DNA from: Octopus sinensis
Taxonomy: Eukaryota
DNA: 64,000 bases
Direction: 5' to 3'
NCBI RefSeq assembly: GCF_006345805.1
Contig: NC_043010.1
Span: 52,762,001 to 52,826,000, forward strand
Each line of letters starts with the position of its first letter. Position 1 is the stretch's first letter. A program made the translations under genes and the position numbers. The notes below the pieces were generated by a model, which had not been told where the DNA came from, ran no database searches, and was given only the letters and a program-made list of their open reading frames with translations. Shown piece by piece: positions 13,029 to 26,248 of the stretch.

Positions 13029-13265
13029 TATTTCTTTATTGCTCACAAGGGGATAAGCATAGAGGGGACAAACAAGGACAGACAAAGGGATTAAGTTGAT
13101 TAAATTGACCCCAGTGCGTAACTGGTACTTAATTTATCAACCCTGAAAGGATGAAAGGCAAAGTCGACCTTGGCGGAATTTGAACTCAGATCGTAACAGC
13201 AGACGAAATACCGCTAAGCATTTCGCCCAGTACGCTAACGTTTCTGCCAGCTCGCCGCCTTATAC
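13029..13265 (-). mobile_element. S1 SINE with a 20-bp TSD
   Basis: TSD acatctgtgtattactttct at 13009-13028 and 13266-13285 (1 mismatch). Confidence 0.9.
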
Positions 13266-13589
13266 ACATCTATGTATTACTTTCTGCAGATGTTTTTTGC
13301 TTCCAGTGTTAACCCATAACACTTTCAATATAATATTACAACACACACACACATTATAGTCTATGCACCGACATATAAAAACACATACAATCTATAAAAT
13401 CAGTCACACAATCACTGCACAATAAAATAACACAACTCACACATCACATACTTCACAGAATCAGCGCTCAATGACACAGTTTATGTAGGAAATAACAGGA
13501 ATACACCTAAATATTGTGAGATTACTTTTCCATTGTTTAGGAACAATGTCTGGTTTGTTAACTATAACAGCCCTGCCATTGTGAATGGA

Positions 13590-14140
13590 ACAAAGGATGA
13601 AGTATTTGATTCTGTTCAACTTAGGCTGTAGCAATATCACTTATCACTGAACTGTGTATGACTATTTGATGGAAAACAAAGGTACAACTGTTACCATGAT
13701 AACTGGTGCACTCGCCTCAATGCCCAAACTGACATGGAGGGATACTGGAATTGAGTTCTGTATTTTCCAGTTGCAGAATAATGTATAGCTGAATTCTGTA
13801 AGCATCTTGAGAAAAGATTCTTGAAATTTGACAAGACTTGTGGCTGCTAAACCTCAGGATAACATCAGGTTGGATCAGGTGTGAAGGCATGAGTTGTTGC
13901 AGCATGTTGCTGCATTTACTATTTGTCTGTATAGTCCTGCATTGTCTTGGGTGACCCATCCAGCATAGTTCCAGTCAGGCTCCATCTCTGTGAGATACTT
14001 CCTCATCTGCTGTGACCATGTGGTCAATCAATATGAGCTGTCAACTCAGCCGGGTCCTCAGTGAAGAGAACACAGTAAGCAGGTTCTAACCTGGAAAATC
14101 AGGCAGCATGTTTGGCCATGTTGCAGGATAACATCTCTAC
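13590..14140 (+). mobile_element. Degraded RTE-like LINE fragment
   Basis: Broken frames give KTKVQL, DHVVNQ and MFGHVA, resembling the RTE post-RT region. Many frameshifts. Confidence 0.45.
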
Positions 14141-15113
14141 AAATTAAACTAAATATAGCTTTTGTATGATGAAGAGGATGATAATGATAATTAACCTTTC
14201 TACAAGACCTGAAATTTTGCAGGAGGAGACCAGTTGATTATATTGCCCCCAGTGTTTCACTGGTATTTAATTTATTGACTCCCAAAGTTGACCTCAGCGG
14301 AAATGACAATAATAACGATAACTACAACAATAATGGTTCCAGGTTCAGTCCCATGACATGGCACCTTGAGTAAGTGTCTCATACTGAACCAACAATTGTC
14401 TTGTGAATGAATTTGGTACATAGAAACAATTGTGAGGAATCTCATCATGTGTGTGTGTTTTCCTCTCTGTTTCTCCTCCACCCACTGACTGAAAATTAGT
14501 GTTGGTTTGCTTATGTCTACCATAAATTAGTAGTTCAGTAAAAGAGTCTGACGGAATGAATAACAGACTTAAAGAAAAACACGTGTACTGGTATCAATTT
14601 GTTAAAACTAAAAACCTTTCAAGGTGGTGTCACAACATGGCAGCAGTCCAATGACTGAAATAAGTAAAAGATAAAAAAAAAATTTAAGAAAAAGAATTCT
14701 GGTAAGTAAGACTTCTATTGGTCAAGATCGATTATGCATCTTGAGAAAGAAGTTTTTAAGGATGACAGGTAGTTACCCAGATACGCAAGGTTTCATTCTC
14801 TACACCATAGATGCGTTTTATATAAGAGTAAAACCTCTGACTTGGGCTGACATAGCTTGGTACCAGTGTTATCACATGTGTTGCTATCAGAATTCAAAGA
14901 ACTACCATAAATACCACAAGGTATCTTGCTTCCTGACAACTCTAACAATTCTGTTGACACATGGTCCTTCATTGGTACTTTATTTTATTAAACCCACCCC
15001 TACAAAAGGAAGAAAGGATACCAGATTACCTTAGCAGGATTTGAACTCAGACAGCAGACTGTCAGAACAAATGCTATAAGGCATTCTATCCAACAATTTA
15101 ATGATTGCCTTAA

Positions 15114-15348
15114 GGCAGCAAGCCGGCAGAAATGTTAGCACACCGGGCAAAATGCTTAGCAGTATTTCGTCTGTTTTTACGTTCTGAGTTCAAATTCGAC
15201 GGAGGTCAACTTTGTCTTTCATCCTTTCGGGGTCGATAAATTAAGTACCAGTTACGCACTGGGATCGATATAATCAGCTTAATCCATTTGTCTGTCCTTG
15301 TTTGTCCCATCTATGTTTAGCCCCTTGTGGGCAATAAAGAAATAAGAG
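15114..15348 (+). mobile_element. S1 SINE
   Basis: Full head, B-box GAGTTCAAATTC and tail AAAGAAATAAGA. Confidence 0.85.
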
Positions 15349-15878
15349 AGTGTTGTTGAAAGTATGCAACACTTCTTCAATTTAAACAAAGTCATCACAA
15401 TAGTTATTGGTCATCCTTAAGGATGACTAGATGGTTAACATTGTTCTGAACCCACAGAATTCCCATTTAATGTGTAGGATTTGACTTATACTCAATTTTA
15501 AGAATAAGCTGCAATATTTCATGTGTTGGCTTTGATTCAACTTTGGGTCAATCACAAGATGGATGCAAATGCTTTTAGGAAATTTTAACTTACGTTGAAG
15601 AGAAAAACCAACAGTTATGAACAGCAGTTACAATGATAAAGGTTTATCAAGGTTATAATAAACGAAACATAGATAATGGGTATAAATCTACAGTCGCAAG
15701 TTTTACTTTATACTGTGTTCTATATAAATATTTACTATTTAATTATGTGACAGACTGATATTTTATAAGCAAATTAAGAAGACTATTGATGTTATATCCT
15801 GATAATCTACTGCCACATGCACTCAAACAAAGACACACAAATATATACATATATATACATATACATATGCATACATAG

Positions 15879-15921
<43 letters not shown>

Positions 15922-16230
15922 TGTCTGTACTTTTTCATACGTTGCCTAATGTTAAACAAATGAGAAAGAAATTGCTCAATACAATTTTTTTTACTGAAAT
16001 TGAATCTAAAAGTTTGTTTTGTAACTTGAGTTTCAACAAAACAAACTACATGTGTGTGTGCGTGTGTGTGTGTTTGTGTGTGTGCATGCACGTATATTTC
16101 AATTAAAAGGATTCCTTAAGAATTGAGGCACATCAATATATATGAACACTGCCAATTGGCTAGATAGAATCACAAAGAGCAGATATCTATCTATCTATTA
16201 GCTATCTATTATCTATCTATCTAACTATCC

Positions 16231-16303
<73 letters not shown>

Positions 16304-16561
16304 CCTACCTATCCATCCATCCATCTATCTATGTGTAAACTGCACAAGGCATGTCTACTAAATATAGATTAACAATCTAAATTCAACAAATGACATTATT
16401 TTGTTTCCAGAAATATAATCTTTCAATAACGATGACATTTATCTAATTTTGAGATGTGTGTGCATATGCACACACACACACACACACGTATGTATACATA
16501 TATGTTTCTATATTGAGTTTACTGATTCTCTGGATAGTTAAATATTCAAGATATATGTTTT

Positions 16562-16591
16562 CTGATGAGGGGACAATCATCCCTGAAACCG
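16562..16591 (+). ncRNA. Degenerate hammerhead core
   Basis: CTGATGA-G-GGGA-CAATCA-TCCC-T-GAAA-CCG. Stem III and the cleavage triplet are decayed. Confidence 0.5.
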
Positions 16592-16811
16592 AACTTTAAT
16601 AACATTCCCAATTATATTATTTATTTACTTACAGAGCAATATATTATATAAGCTTCAGGCATTCTGACATTCACTGTATTCCATACATATGCAGATGCAT
16701 AGATATGTATATATAAATATTTATTAGAAGAAATGAGGTACTCAGAAAACTGGATGGTTTTATATTTACAGATATTTATTAATATGTTACATGTTTTTAT
16801 AAATCATATAT

Positions 16812-16844
16812 TAGCGCTTGCGTCCACTCAAGTGGAGTCGTCAG
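16812..16844 (-). ncRNA. Degenerate hammerhead core
   Basis: CTGACGA-C-TCCAC-TTGA-GTGGA-C-GCA-AGCGCT-A: 5-bp stem II, palindromic stem III, CUA triplet, two core substitutions. Followed by an AATAAA-containing tail to about 16715. Confidence 0.55.
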
Positions 16845-16909
16845 ATGCATATATAAATATAAAGAACATGCATATATAAATATAAATATTCATATATGCA
16901 TGTTCTTTT

Positions 16910-17521
16910 ATTTGTTTCAATCTTCTTGACTGTGGCCATGCTGGAGCACCACCTTTTAATCGAACTAATCAACCTAGGATTTATTCTTTATAAGTCTAGT
17001 ACTTATTCTATCGGTCTCTTTTGTCGAATCGCAAGTTACAGGGACATAAACACACCAATACCGGTTGCTAAGTGATAGTGGGTGGATAAACACAGACACA
17101 CACATGTATACAACTGGCTTGGCTTCTTTCAGTTTCTTATTTCTTTATTGCCAAGAAGGGGCTAAACATAGAAGGGACAAACAAGGACAGACAAAGGGAT
17201 TAAGTCGATTACATCGACTCCAGTGTGTAACTGGTACTTAATTTATCGACCCCAAAAGGATGAAAGGCAAATCGACCTCAGCGGAATTTGAACTCAGAAC
17301 ATAAAGTCAGACGAAATACCGCTAAGCATTTCACCCAGCGTGCTAACGTTTCTGCCAGCTCGCCGGCTTCTTTCACTTTCTGTCTACCAAATCCACTCAC
17401 AAGGATTTGGCTTGCCTGAGGCTATAGTAGAAGACACTTCCCCAAGGTGCCATGCAGTGGGACTGAACCCAGAATCATGTGGTTGGTAAGCAAGCTACTT
17501 AACTACACAGCCACTCCTGCA
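16910..17521 (-). mobile_element. S2 SINE with nested S1 (17138-17364)
   Basis: TSD ggcttctttcagtttct at 17121-17137 and 17365-17381 (1 mismatch). Confidence 0.88.
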
Positions 17522-18345
17522 CCATATATATATAGATAATTTAGCATGACTAAGAGCAAGCTCAGCAAAATTCAAAGCAGGATAATGTATTCAGTAATAT
17601 ATTATTTTTGTTTGTGTATATGTACTCTGTGTGTGTATGTGTGTGTGTGTATGCATGTCTATGTGTATTTGTATTATGAGCATACAAATATGCATGTAGG
17701 TTTGTGTGTGTAATGTGTGAATGTGTTAATGCATAAATCTAAACAGAGTTGCCATGCCTAATGACAACGGATAATGTTTTCTTACTTGTGCTAAGAAGAT
17801 TATACAATTTTTTATACATCATCTTACATCTGCAGCAATATTTGCATATTCAGAAATATATACACACAAACACAAACACATATTTGCATACGTACATACA
17901 TTACATAGATGCTTGCATGTATGCATACGTGATGTCTGAAACTTAGATTTTGAGTAAAGCCACCACTCACTCGATTGTTCTCTTAAACACAGGCAGCACA
18001 GAATTAGCTTTGCAGTTCTGCCAGGGACATACAACATAATCGTCATCATCATCATTGTTGTTGTCATTGTTCACGCTGGCATTGTGGTGCTGTTGTTGCT
18101 AAAGGCATGCCAAAAAGGGACCTTGCCAGTCCACTCTGTAAAGTGGTTGGTATTAGTAAGGCATCCGGCTGTAATAACCATGCCAAAACAGACACTGGAA
18201 CTTGGTGTAGTCCTCTGCCTTGCCAGCTCCTGACAACTCCAGCTCCTGACAAATTCATGTAACCATATTATTCTGTTGATCTGAAAAGCAAGCCTTCTAT
18301 ATCTTCTATATCATACAATATATCTGCATCGATATTATGTAAATG

Positions 18346-18381
<36 letters not shown>

Positions 18382-18624
18382 AATATTGGCCTGCTCGCTT
18401 AGCCAGCGGAGTGGCGTCATTTGAAGGCTAAAACAATGCGAAGTGCATCGTGACCAGCGATGCGTAACAACATCTGATAGCCTGGTCGGTCACGTGATCA
18501 CGTGATATTTAAATATAAATATAAGTTATTCTTATATATGTAGTCATTTACATAATATCAAGGTCTCTTTCATTCTTTTGTTGTCTTACCATCTCTATCA
18601 ATACATTCAAAATGTGACTGTGTG

Positions 18625-18825
18625 TGTACTGTTGGCGATATTTTTTCCTCCATCTTCCCTTCTCTTGATCTTTCCTTTTCCTATGTTTCTGACGAAGAGC
18701 GCCGCTCGAAACATTAAACCCTCCTTCTTCCCTTCCTACCTGAGCGTCCAATAATACTATATTTGTTCCACGTCCTTGCGTTGTTATGTTTTCTCTTTGT
18801 GTTTTCATGTTTGGATTAACTATAT
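18625..18825 (+). mobile_element. Family A hammerhead-bearing element (about 200 bp)
   Basis: GTTT-CTGACGA-A-GAGC-GCC-GCTC-GAA-ACAT-T-AAAC at 18685-18719. Homologous to 42725-42890 and 45318-45520; ends in (TA)n. Confidence 0.75.
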
Positions 18826-19253
18826 ATACATATATATATGTAGTCATCAAAGAAGCCTTTAGCCCTGTTTTTTTCTTGTGCAGGTGCGTATATAGACGTG
18901 TGTATGAGCCTTTTTTGTGCACATGTGTGTGTCTGTATATGTGTTTTTATTCTTATTGCTTATTTTTTACACTTTTTTTATATATACAGACCCTAAAAGA
19001 GCTATATACATAGCTCTTTTGTTTTAATTACGGTCAATCACACAGTAATTACCCTTTGTTTAACAGTCATTTCCATAGCATTTTTTTCGATGACCAGATA
19101 ACTGAAGAGATGGCAGCGTGGATATCTGCCCCGACATCCAAAACTCAGTTTTATCATGGCTACCAAATAATTGTCACATATAATATTTACAGATAATTCC
19201 TCTATTTAATATCAAGGTGCCTTTCATTTTTTTTGTTGTCTTACCATTTCTAT

Positions 19254-19294
<41 letters not shown>

Positions 19295-19699
19295 CAGTCA
19301 TCTAAGAAGCCATAAGTCAGAAAAAATACAACACTCATAATATTAGTCAATAGAGTGGGTACATTAATCAATAGCCACATTTCTGTTGTTCTTACAAAAC
19401 AGTTTCACATTAAGTATTAGATAACTGGATATTAAGTAGCACTATGTGCTCTTCAGAGGAGGCAACTAGCACTGAAGTGTGTGGTGTTAGTTAACTGTGC
19501 TGTTTTATATATATATATATATGTATGTATGTACATATATATATATATATAATATTATATATAATCAATTGCTAGATAGATAGATAGATAGATAGATATA
19601 CACACTCACACATATATATTATGTATGCAAACATCTACATGTATGTATGTATGTATATATATAAATATATGTATATATATATAAATATAAATATAAATA

Positions 19700-19732
<33 letters not shown>

Positions 19733-19765
19733 TATATATTATATATATTATATATATATATATAT

Positions 19766-19803
<38 letters not shown>

Positions 19804-20406
19804 TAATATATATACATATATATATACATACATATATATACATATGTACATACATACATGTAGATATTTGCATACATATACACAGGTATATGCAAATACT
19901 CTTCTTTCTACTTGTGCACATTGCTTTGTTTGAAATGAATATGTTTCTCCTATTGAATCCTAGATTAACAAACAATAAATTTAATTTAATTCAACACATA
20001 GATAATTAGTAAACTACAATTAGTGTCCTTTCAATTAGAATCTATCAGAATGAATTAGAATGGACGTCACAGTAACGAGAATAATTCAATAAACAAGATC
20101 GTCACAGTCTTACTGAGTTGGAATTAAAACTCGCAAGCAAAGCACAAATACTAGGTATCTTTCTGTGTGTGTGTGTGTGTATAGGTATGTGCATACACAC
20201 ACATATATAAACATATGCATGTATATATGCATGTGTGTGTGTATATACATACATATATACATACATATATATACATATATTTACATACATCTATACATAT
20301 ATATACATATATACATACATATATATATACATATATATATACATACATCTATACATACATATATATACATATATATAGTACACATACATCTATACATACA
20401 TATGTA

Positions 20407-20439
<33 letters not shown>

Positions 20440-20443
20440 CTAT

Positions 20444-20484
<41 letters not shown>

Positions 20485-20505
20485 ATATATATATATATAT
20501 ATATC

Positions 20506-20541
<36 letters not shown>

Positions 20542-20599
20542 CTATATATATATATATATATATATCTATATTAATATATATATACACACACAGTTTTTT

Positions 20600-21365
20600 T
20601 TTTGTTTCAATCTTTTGACTGTGGCCATGATGGAGCACACACTTTTAGTCAAGCAACTCGACCACAGAACTTATTCCTTGTAAGCCTAGTACTTATTCTA
20701 CCAGTCTCTTTTACTGAACCGCTAAGTTTCGGGTACGTAAGCACACCAGTTTCTTATTTCTTTATTGCCCACAAGGGCCTAAACATAGAGGGGACAAACA
20801 AGGACAGACAAAGGGATTAACTCAATTACATCAACCCCAGTTCATAACTGGTACTTATTTCATCAACCCCAGAAAGGATTAAAGGCAAAGTCAACCTCGG
20901 CAGAATTTGAACTCAGAACATAAAGTCAGACATTTCACCCGGCTTGCTAACGATTCTGCTAGCTCGTTATTCTTTACTCTTTACTCTCTCTTTTACTTGT
21001 TTCAGTGATCTGACTGCAGCCATGCTGGAGCACTAACTTTAGTTGAACAAATCGACCCCAGGACTTATTCTTTGTAAGCCTAGTACTTATTCTATCGGTG
21101 TCTTTGCCGAACCGCTAAGTTATGGGGACGTAAACACACGACTATCGGTTGTCAAGTGATGTTGGGAGGACAAAAACAGACACAAAAACATACATACATA
21201 TATACGACGGGTTTCTTTCAGTTTCTGTATACCAAATCCACTCACAAGGCTTTGGTCGACCCGAGGCTATAGTAGAAGACACTTGCCCAAGGTGCCATGC
21301 AGTGGGAATGAACCTGGAACCATGTGGTTGGTAAGCAAGCTACATACCACACAGCCACTCCTGCA
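20600..21365 (-). mobile_element. Cluster of an S2 fragment, S1 (20752-20966) and a full S2 (20985-21365)
   Basis: Recognisable heads, bodies and tails of both families. Confidence 0.8.
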
Positions 21366-21840
21366 CTACCTTTACTAATAATATATATTTCATATCTGGA
21401 ATTAAGGAGCTCTTTATTCTACAGAGTTCTATCCCTAAAAAGTTTTCACTTGATATTTATGACATTTTGAAACAAATCTACTTTGAACAATGAGCTGAAT
21501 GGCTTCCCACTGATGAAGATAATATGTGCTTCATGGTGTTTTTGATTTTGCAACATGCATTAACTTCACAGAAATATATTTATTGCAAAACAAGAAAAAA
21601 AAAATCCATTCTGCTCATAGTATGTATATCCCAGAGATTATGTGAGTCTGAGAGAGTCAAAGCCTGCTGGGTTAAAACTAAAAGACGCACAGGAATCTAT
21701 CAGCTAACAAATAAAGAGATGCAAATGGAGAGATATCTTTGATTTCCATTTTTATTATTTTTTGGCATTTTTTACTTGTTTCAGTCATTAGACTGTGGTC
21801 ATGCTGGGGCACTGCCTTGAAGAAATTTTAAGTCGAATGT

Positions 21841-21940
21841 NNNNNNNNNNNNNNNNNNNNNNNNNNNNNNNNNNNNNNNNNNNNNNNNNNNNNNNNNNNN
21901 NNNNNNNNNNNNNNNNNNNNNNNNNNNNNNNNNNNNNNNN
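21841..21940. other. Assembly gap (100 N)
   Basis: Direct reading. Confidence 1.
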
Positions 21941-22606
21941 AACACCCTCCCTCCTCACCAAGCAAGCTTGGTGGAGTTGCTGGTTTAGTCGCCGACGACC
22001 CGACCATGCTTATATACATACATACATGATAATAAAATCTAAACTACACACACACACATTGCCTAACATTACCACATTTCTGCCAGCTCACTGTTACGTT
22101 CTGAGTTCAAATTCCGCCGAGATCAAGTTTGCCTTTCATCCTTTCGAGGTTGATTAAATAAGTACCAGTTATGCACTGGGGTCAATGTAATCAACTTAAC
22201 CTCTTTGTCTGTCTTTGTCCCCTCTATGTTTAGCCCCTTTTGGGTAATAAAGAAATAAATATGCCATGCAGGTGCCATACAAACTGCACCTGTGCCAGTG
22301 CCACGTCTAAAAGCACCTATGCTGGCGTCACATAATAAAGCACCTGTGCTGGTGCCATATAAGAATGCACCTGTGCCAGTGTGCCATGTAAAGAAGCACT
22401 TGTGCTGGTGCTGTGTAGAAAATATTACCTGTGCTAGCATTATGTAATAAGAACCCAGTATGCTCTGTAGAGTGGTTGACATTAGGAAGGGCATTCAGCT
22501 ATAGAAATCTTGTCAAAACAGATTACTTGCATCTGGTGCAGCCCTCTGGCTTGCCAGCTCCGGTTAAAACCATCTAACCCATACCAGCATGGAAGATGGA
22601 CGTTAA

Positions 22607-22642
<36 letters not shown>

Positions 22643-24151
22643 CCCCTCTGAAATTGTACCTAGAATTAAGTTATTTATTAGAAGGAACAAAGGTAAACCA
22701 ACCCATGCCAGCATGGAAGACCAACGTTAAACGATGATAATGATGGTGATGATGATGATGATGAGGATGATAACGACGACGATGATGATGATGAGGATGA
22801 TGATGATGAGGATGATGATGATGATGATGAGGATGATGATGATGATGATGAGGATGATGCAGCTGTGACCCTTTTGTTACCATATTTCTGTTGGAAATAA
22901 ACTAAATTTTATTTCAGTTAATTTTGGAAAAATCGAAGAATTTAGAGTAAAATACCTGTCATTAAAAAGTAAATATTTAGAACTTATATTGGTTTCAAAT
23001 TCTGGCACAAGGCCAGCAATTTCAAGGAAGCGGGTAAACCGATTACACTGGCCCCAGTGTTTGACTGGTACTTATTTCATTGAGTGTGAAAGGATGAATG
23101 GCAAGGTTGATATTGGCAGTGTCTAGACTCAGAAACTAAAGACAAAAGAAATGCTGCTATGTATTTTTCCTGGCATACTCTTTTACTTGTTTCAGTCATT
23201 TGACTGTGGCCATGATGGAGCACCACCTTTAGTCGAGCAAATCGAACCCAGGACTTATTCTTTGGAAGCCTAGTACTTATTCTATCATTCTTTTTTGCCA
23301 AACCACTAAGTTACGGGGACGTAAACACATCAGCATCGGTTGTCAAGCGATGTTAGGGGGTCGGGGACAAACACAGACACACAAACATATACAAACACAC
23401 ATACATTTGCTCGGTTAAAGGTGGTGCTCCAGCATGGCCACAGTCAAATGACTGAAACAAGTAAAAGAGTAAAGAATAAAGATTAAAACACAGTCCAATC
23501 CATGCAAGCATGGAAAAGAGGAGAAACTAGTGGGTGATTTGATGGAGATTTGGCTGCTATTTCAGGCAAAGCTATAATGCAATCGCTCCCAGTGTTATCT
23601 TATGACGTATAGAACAGTACTAGAATGATCTGCATTTCTAGTTGTTATATTTTGTTCATGTACCAAGTACATGCTAGTTCTTATATTAAGGTTGCAACAT
23701 ATTCCAATAATCCCATATTGATTTCAGATTTTGACATGAGGCCAACGTATGAACCGACCACTTCTGTACATGAACTGGGGAGGGCCATACTCGATTAAAT
23801 CAATCTCGCTGCATGAACGGTGTTTGCGTTATTGATCACTGTGTGTTTTTGAAAGAAGCAATGTCTATCCCTGCAGAATCTGAATCTAGGGTGGTAAAGA
23901 TCTGCGTTCGTTAACGGTTTTTTTTATTTATTTTCCTGTGTGAGTGCAGATGTGGCTGTGAGGTTAAAAAGCAAAGCTTGATTTGAAAGCATGTGGACAC
24001 AGGTTCAGTTCCACCGAGTGGTACCTTTGCAAGTGTTTTCTAATGTAGCCTTAGGTCAACCAATTCCTTGTGAGTGAATTTTGTAGATGGAAACTGCTCG
24101 GAGGTGTGTTTTGTGTGTATAGAATGTACATATATATATATATACACAAAT

Positions 24152-24215
<64 letters not shown>

Positions 24216-24902
24216 TGGCCTGCTCGCTTAGCTAGCGGGGTGGCGCCATTCGAAGGCTAAAACAATGCGAACGCGTTGTGACCAGCAATGTGTAGCAACA
24301 TCTGATGGTCTGGTCGGTCATGGTTATCATGGTGATATATATATATACACACAAACACACACACACACACCATATATATATACATATATATATACACTTT
24401 TACTTGTTTGAGCCTGAGGGCTGTGGCAATGCTAAGGTATTGCCATGCATGAATCTATGCCAATATGTATGTATGTATACATGCAGATTTGTATGTTTTG
24501 TTTTATGAATGTATTCTCATGCATATAGTTGCATATCTGGACATGCTCATTATATACTTAAATGATAAACTTCTGGAGAGTTCTACAGATTTTTAGTTCC
24601 AGTGATAGCTTGGATCTATAGTCTTTGAATCAGCTTCCTTCTTTCTGGTTTTGAGAAGCCGTTTCTCAAGATTGCTATTTAAGCAGTATAAACCTGAACT
24701 TGTAATCTGGATAGAGTAGCTATGTGTGTGTGTATCTCTTCTATTTTATAATTATTATAAATCTTCCAATGAGGAGGGAGCCAGTTTCCAACAAAGATAC
24801 AAGGCTCCATCTTTGGAATGTAGTCAACACAGACAAATTCACATTTGGAACTTGAGAAAAGTCTTCCATATTTTTACAGTTCTACTCACAGATTGCACTT
24901 AC

Positions 24903-24984
24903 AATGTACGAATCAGTCGGTCAATTTCTCTTTCTGAAAGTTCCAGTTTATCCTGATTCTCCTTTAAGCATTTACTAACAAACC
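24903..24984 (-). CDS. Candidate internal coding exon, possibly an EF-hand entering helix
   Basis: ttgttgcactag|GG...ACATT|gtaagt, 82 nt, phase 1 to phase 2. Open frame FVSKCLKENQDKLELSEREIDRLIRTL in non-repetitive DNA. No partner exon confirmed. Confidence 0.4.
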
Positions 24985-25296
24985 CTAGTGCAACAATTAT
25001 TGGTATGAATATGTCTGTGTGTCTGTCTATATAAGCTTGTGTTTATACTTACTTTTCACACGCACACACACATATTTGAAGCTACCGTTTCAAATAAGCA
25101 ACCAATAAAGCCAAGAAGATAGAATAGTCAAATTTGTAAAATAGTGTGCAGACATACATTGGAACATACATGCACACACACACACATGCATGGTCACACA
25201 CATAGAGATACACATTTTACCGATGTGCTGTGAGTACATTTGTCTTACATAGTGTGAGTATGTATATATAGATACATATTTTTATATATATATATT

Positions 25297-25333
<37 letters not shown>

Positions 25334-25437
25334 CTATTCCTGTATTCTTCCATTCTTTTACTTGTTTCAGTCATTTAAATGCGGCCATGCTGGAGTAGCA
25401 CTGTAATTGTAAATTATTTGTGTATGCGTGTGTATAT

Positions 25438-25496
<59 letters not shown>

Positions 25497-25534
25497 GTGT
25501 GGTGTGTGTGCAACTATCTTTATGTGTGTGTATG

Positions 25535-25730
25535 TAGATCGTTAGCCACTAAACCTTTTTCTATTTTCTCTCCCTCTCTTTTTCTGCATTCCTTTCTGTC
25601 GAAGAGCATAGGCTCGAAACGTAAAAGACTTTCTCACTTCCTGAGTGTTAAACTAACTAATGCATCTGTTTGTTGTTTACACACCCGTCTTCGTCTTTTG
25701 TTTTTTTTTGTAAATTCTCACTTTATATAC
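25535..25730 (+). mobile_element. Family B hammerhead-bearing element
   Basis: CTTT-CTGTCGA-A-GAGC-ATAG-GCTC-GAA-ACGT-A-AAAG at 25592-25627, with TA/TG tracts on both sides. Confidence 0.7.
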
Positions 25731-26207
25731 ATATATATAATATAGATATAGATACATATATATTTATACACATACACACATACAGGGATAGTTGCATATA
25801 TATATATATATACATACATATATACACACACATATATATGTGTATATTATATATATATGTGTGCACATGTGTGTATATATGTGTATACACACACATACAT
25901 ACATACAGATACAGGCAGGCCTACAACTATAATGTTTTTATAATATTATATATAGATTATGTTTACATAGATCTACACAAATATTTCTCCCTCCACCTCT
26001 TTTTCTTTTCTCTCCCCCACCTCCCTGCTGCCTCCTCCTTCTCTTCCGTCTCCTCCACAACTCTATTCAGTGGTATTTCAAAGATCTCCAAACTGTCCAT
26101 ACCATCATCACTTAAAAAAGTCGGTCACTGGCCACACTGTGGGAAGGAATCGGTCATGTATAAATAATGCATTGTAGCATCAATACATATATAGTTCTGT
26201 GTACGTG

Positions 26208-26248
<41 letters not shown>

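Noticed and set aside
13459-13630. Frames of about 57 codons open on both strands
   Set aside because: No recognisable motif and no clear donor; chance cannot be excluded.
26030-26145. Minus-strand MDSLEIFEIPLNRVVEETEEKEEAAG after a good acceptor
   Set aside because: All three phases hit a stop soon after the acceptor, and there is no good donor in a phase matching the 24984 exon.
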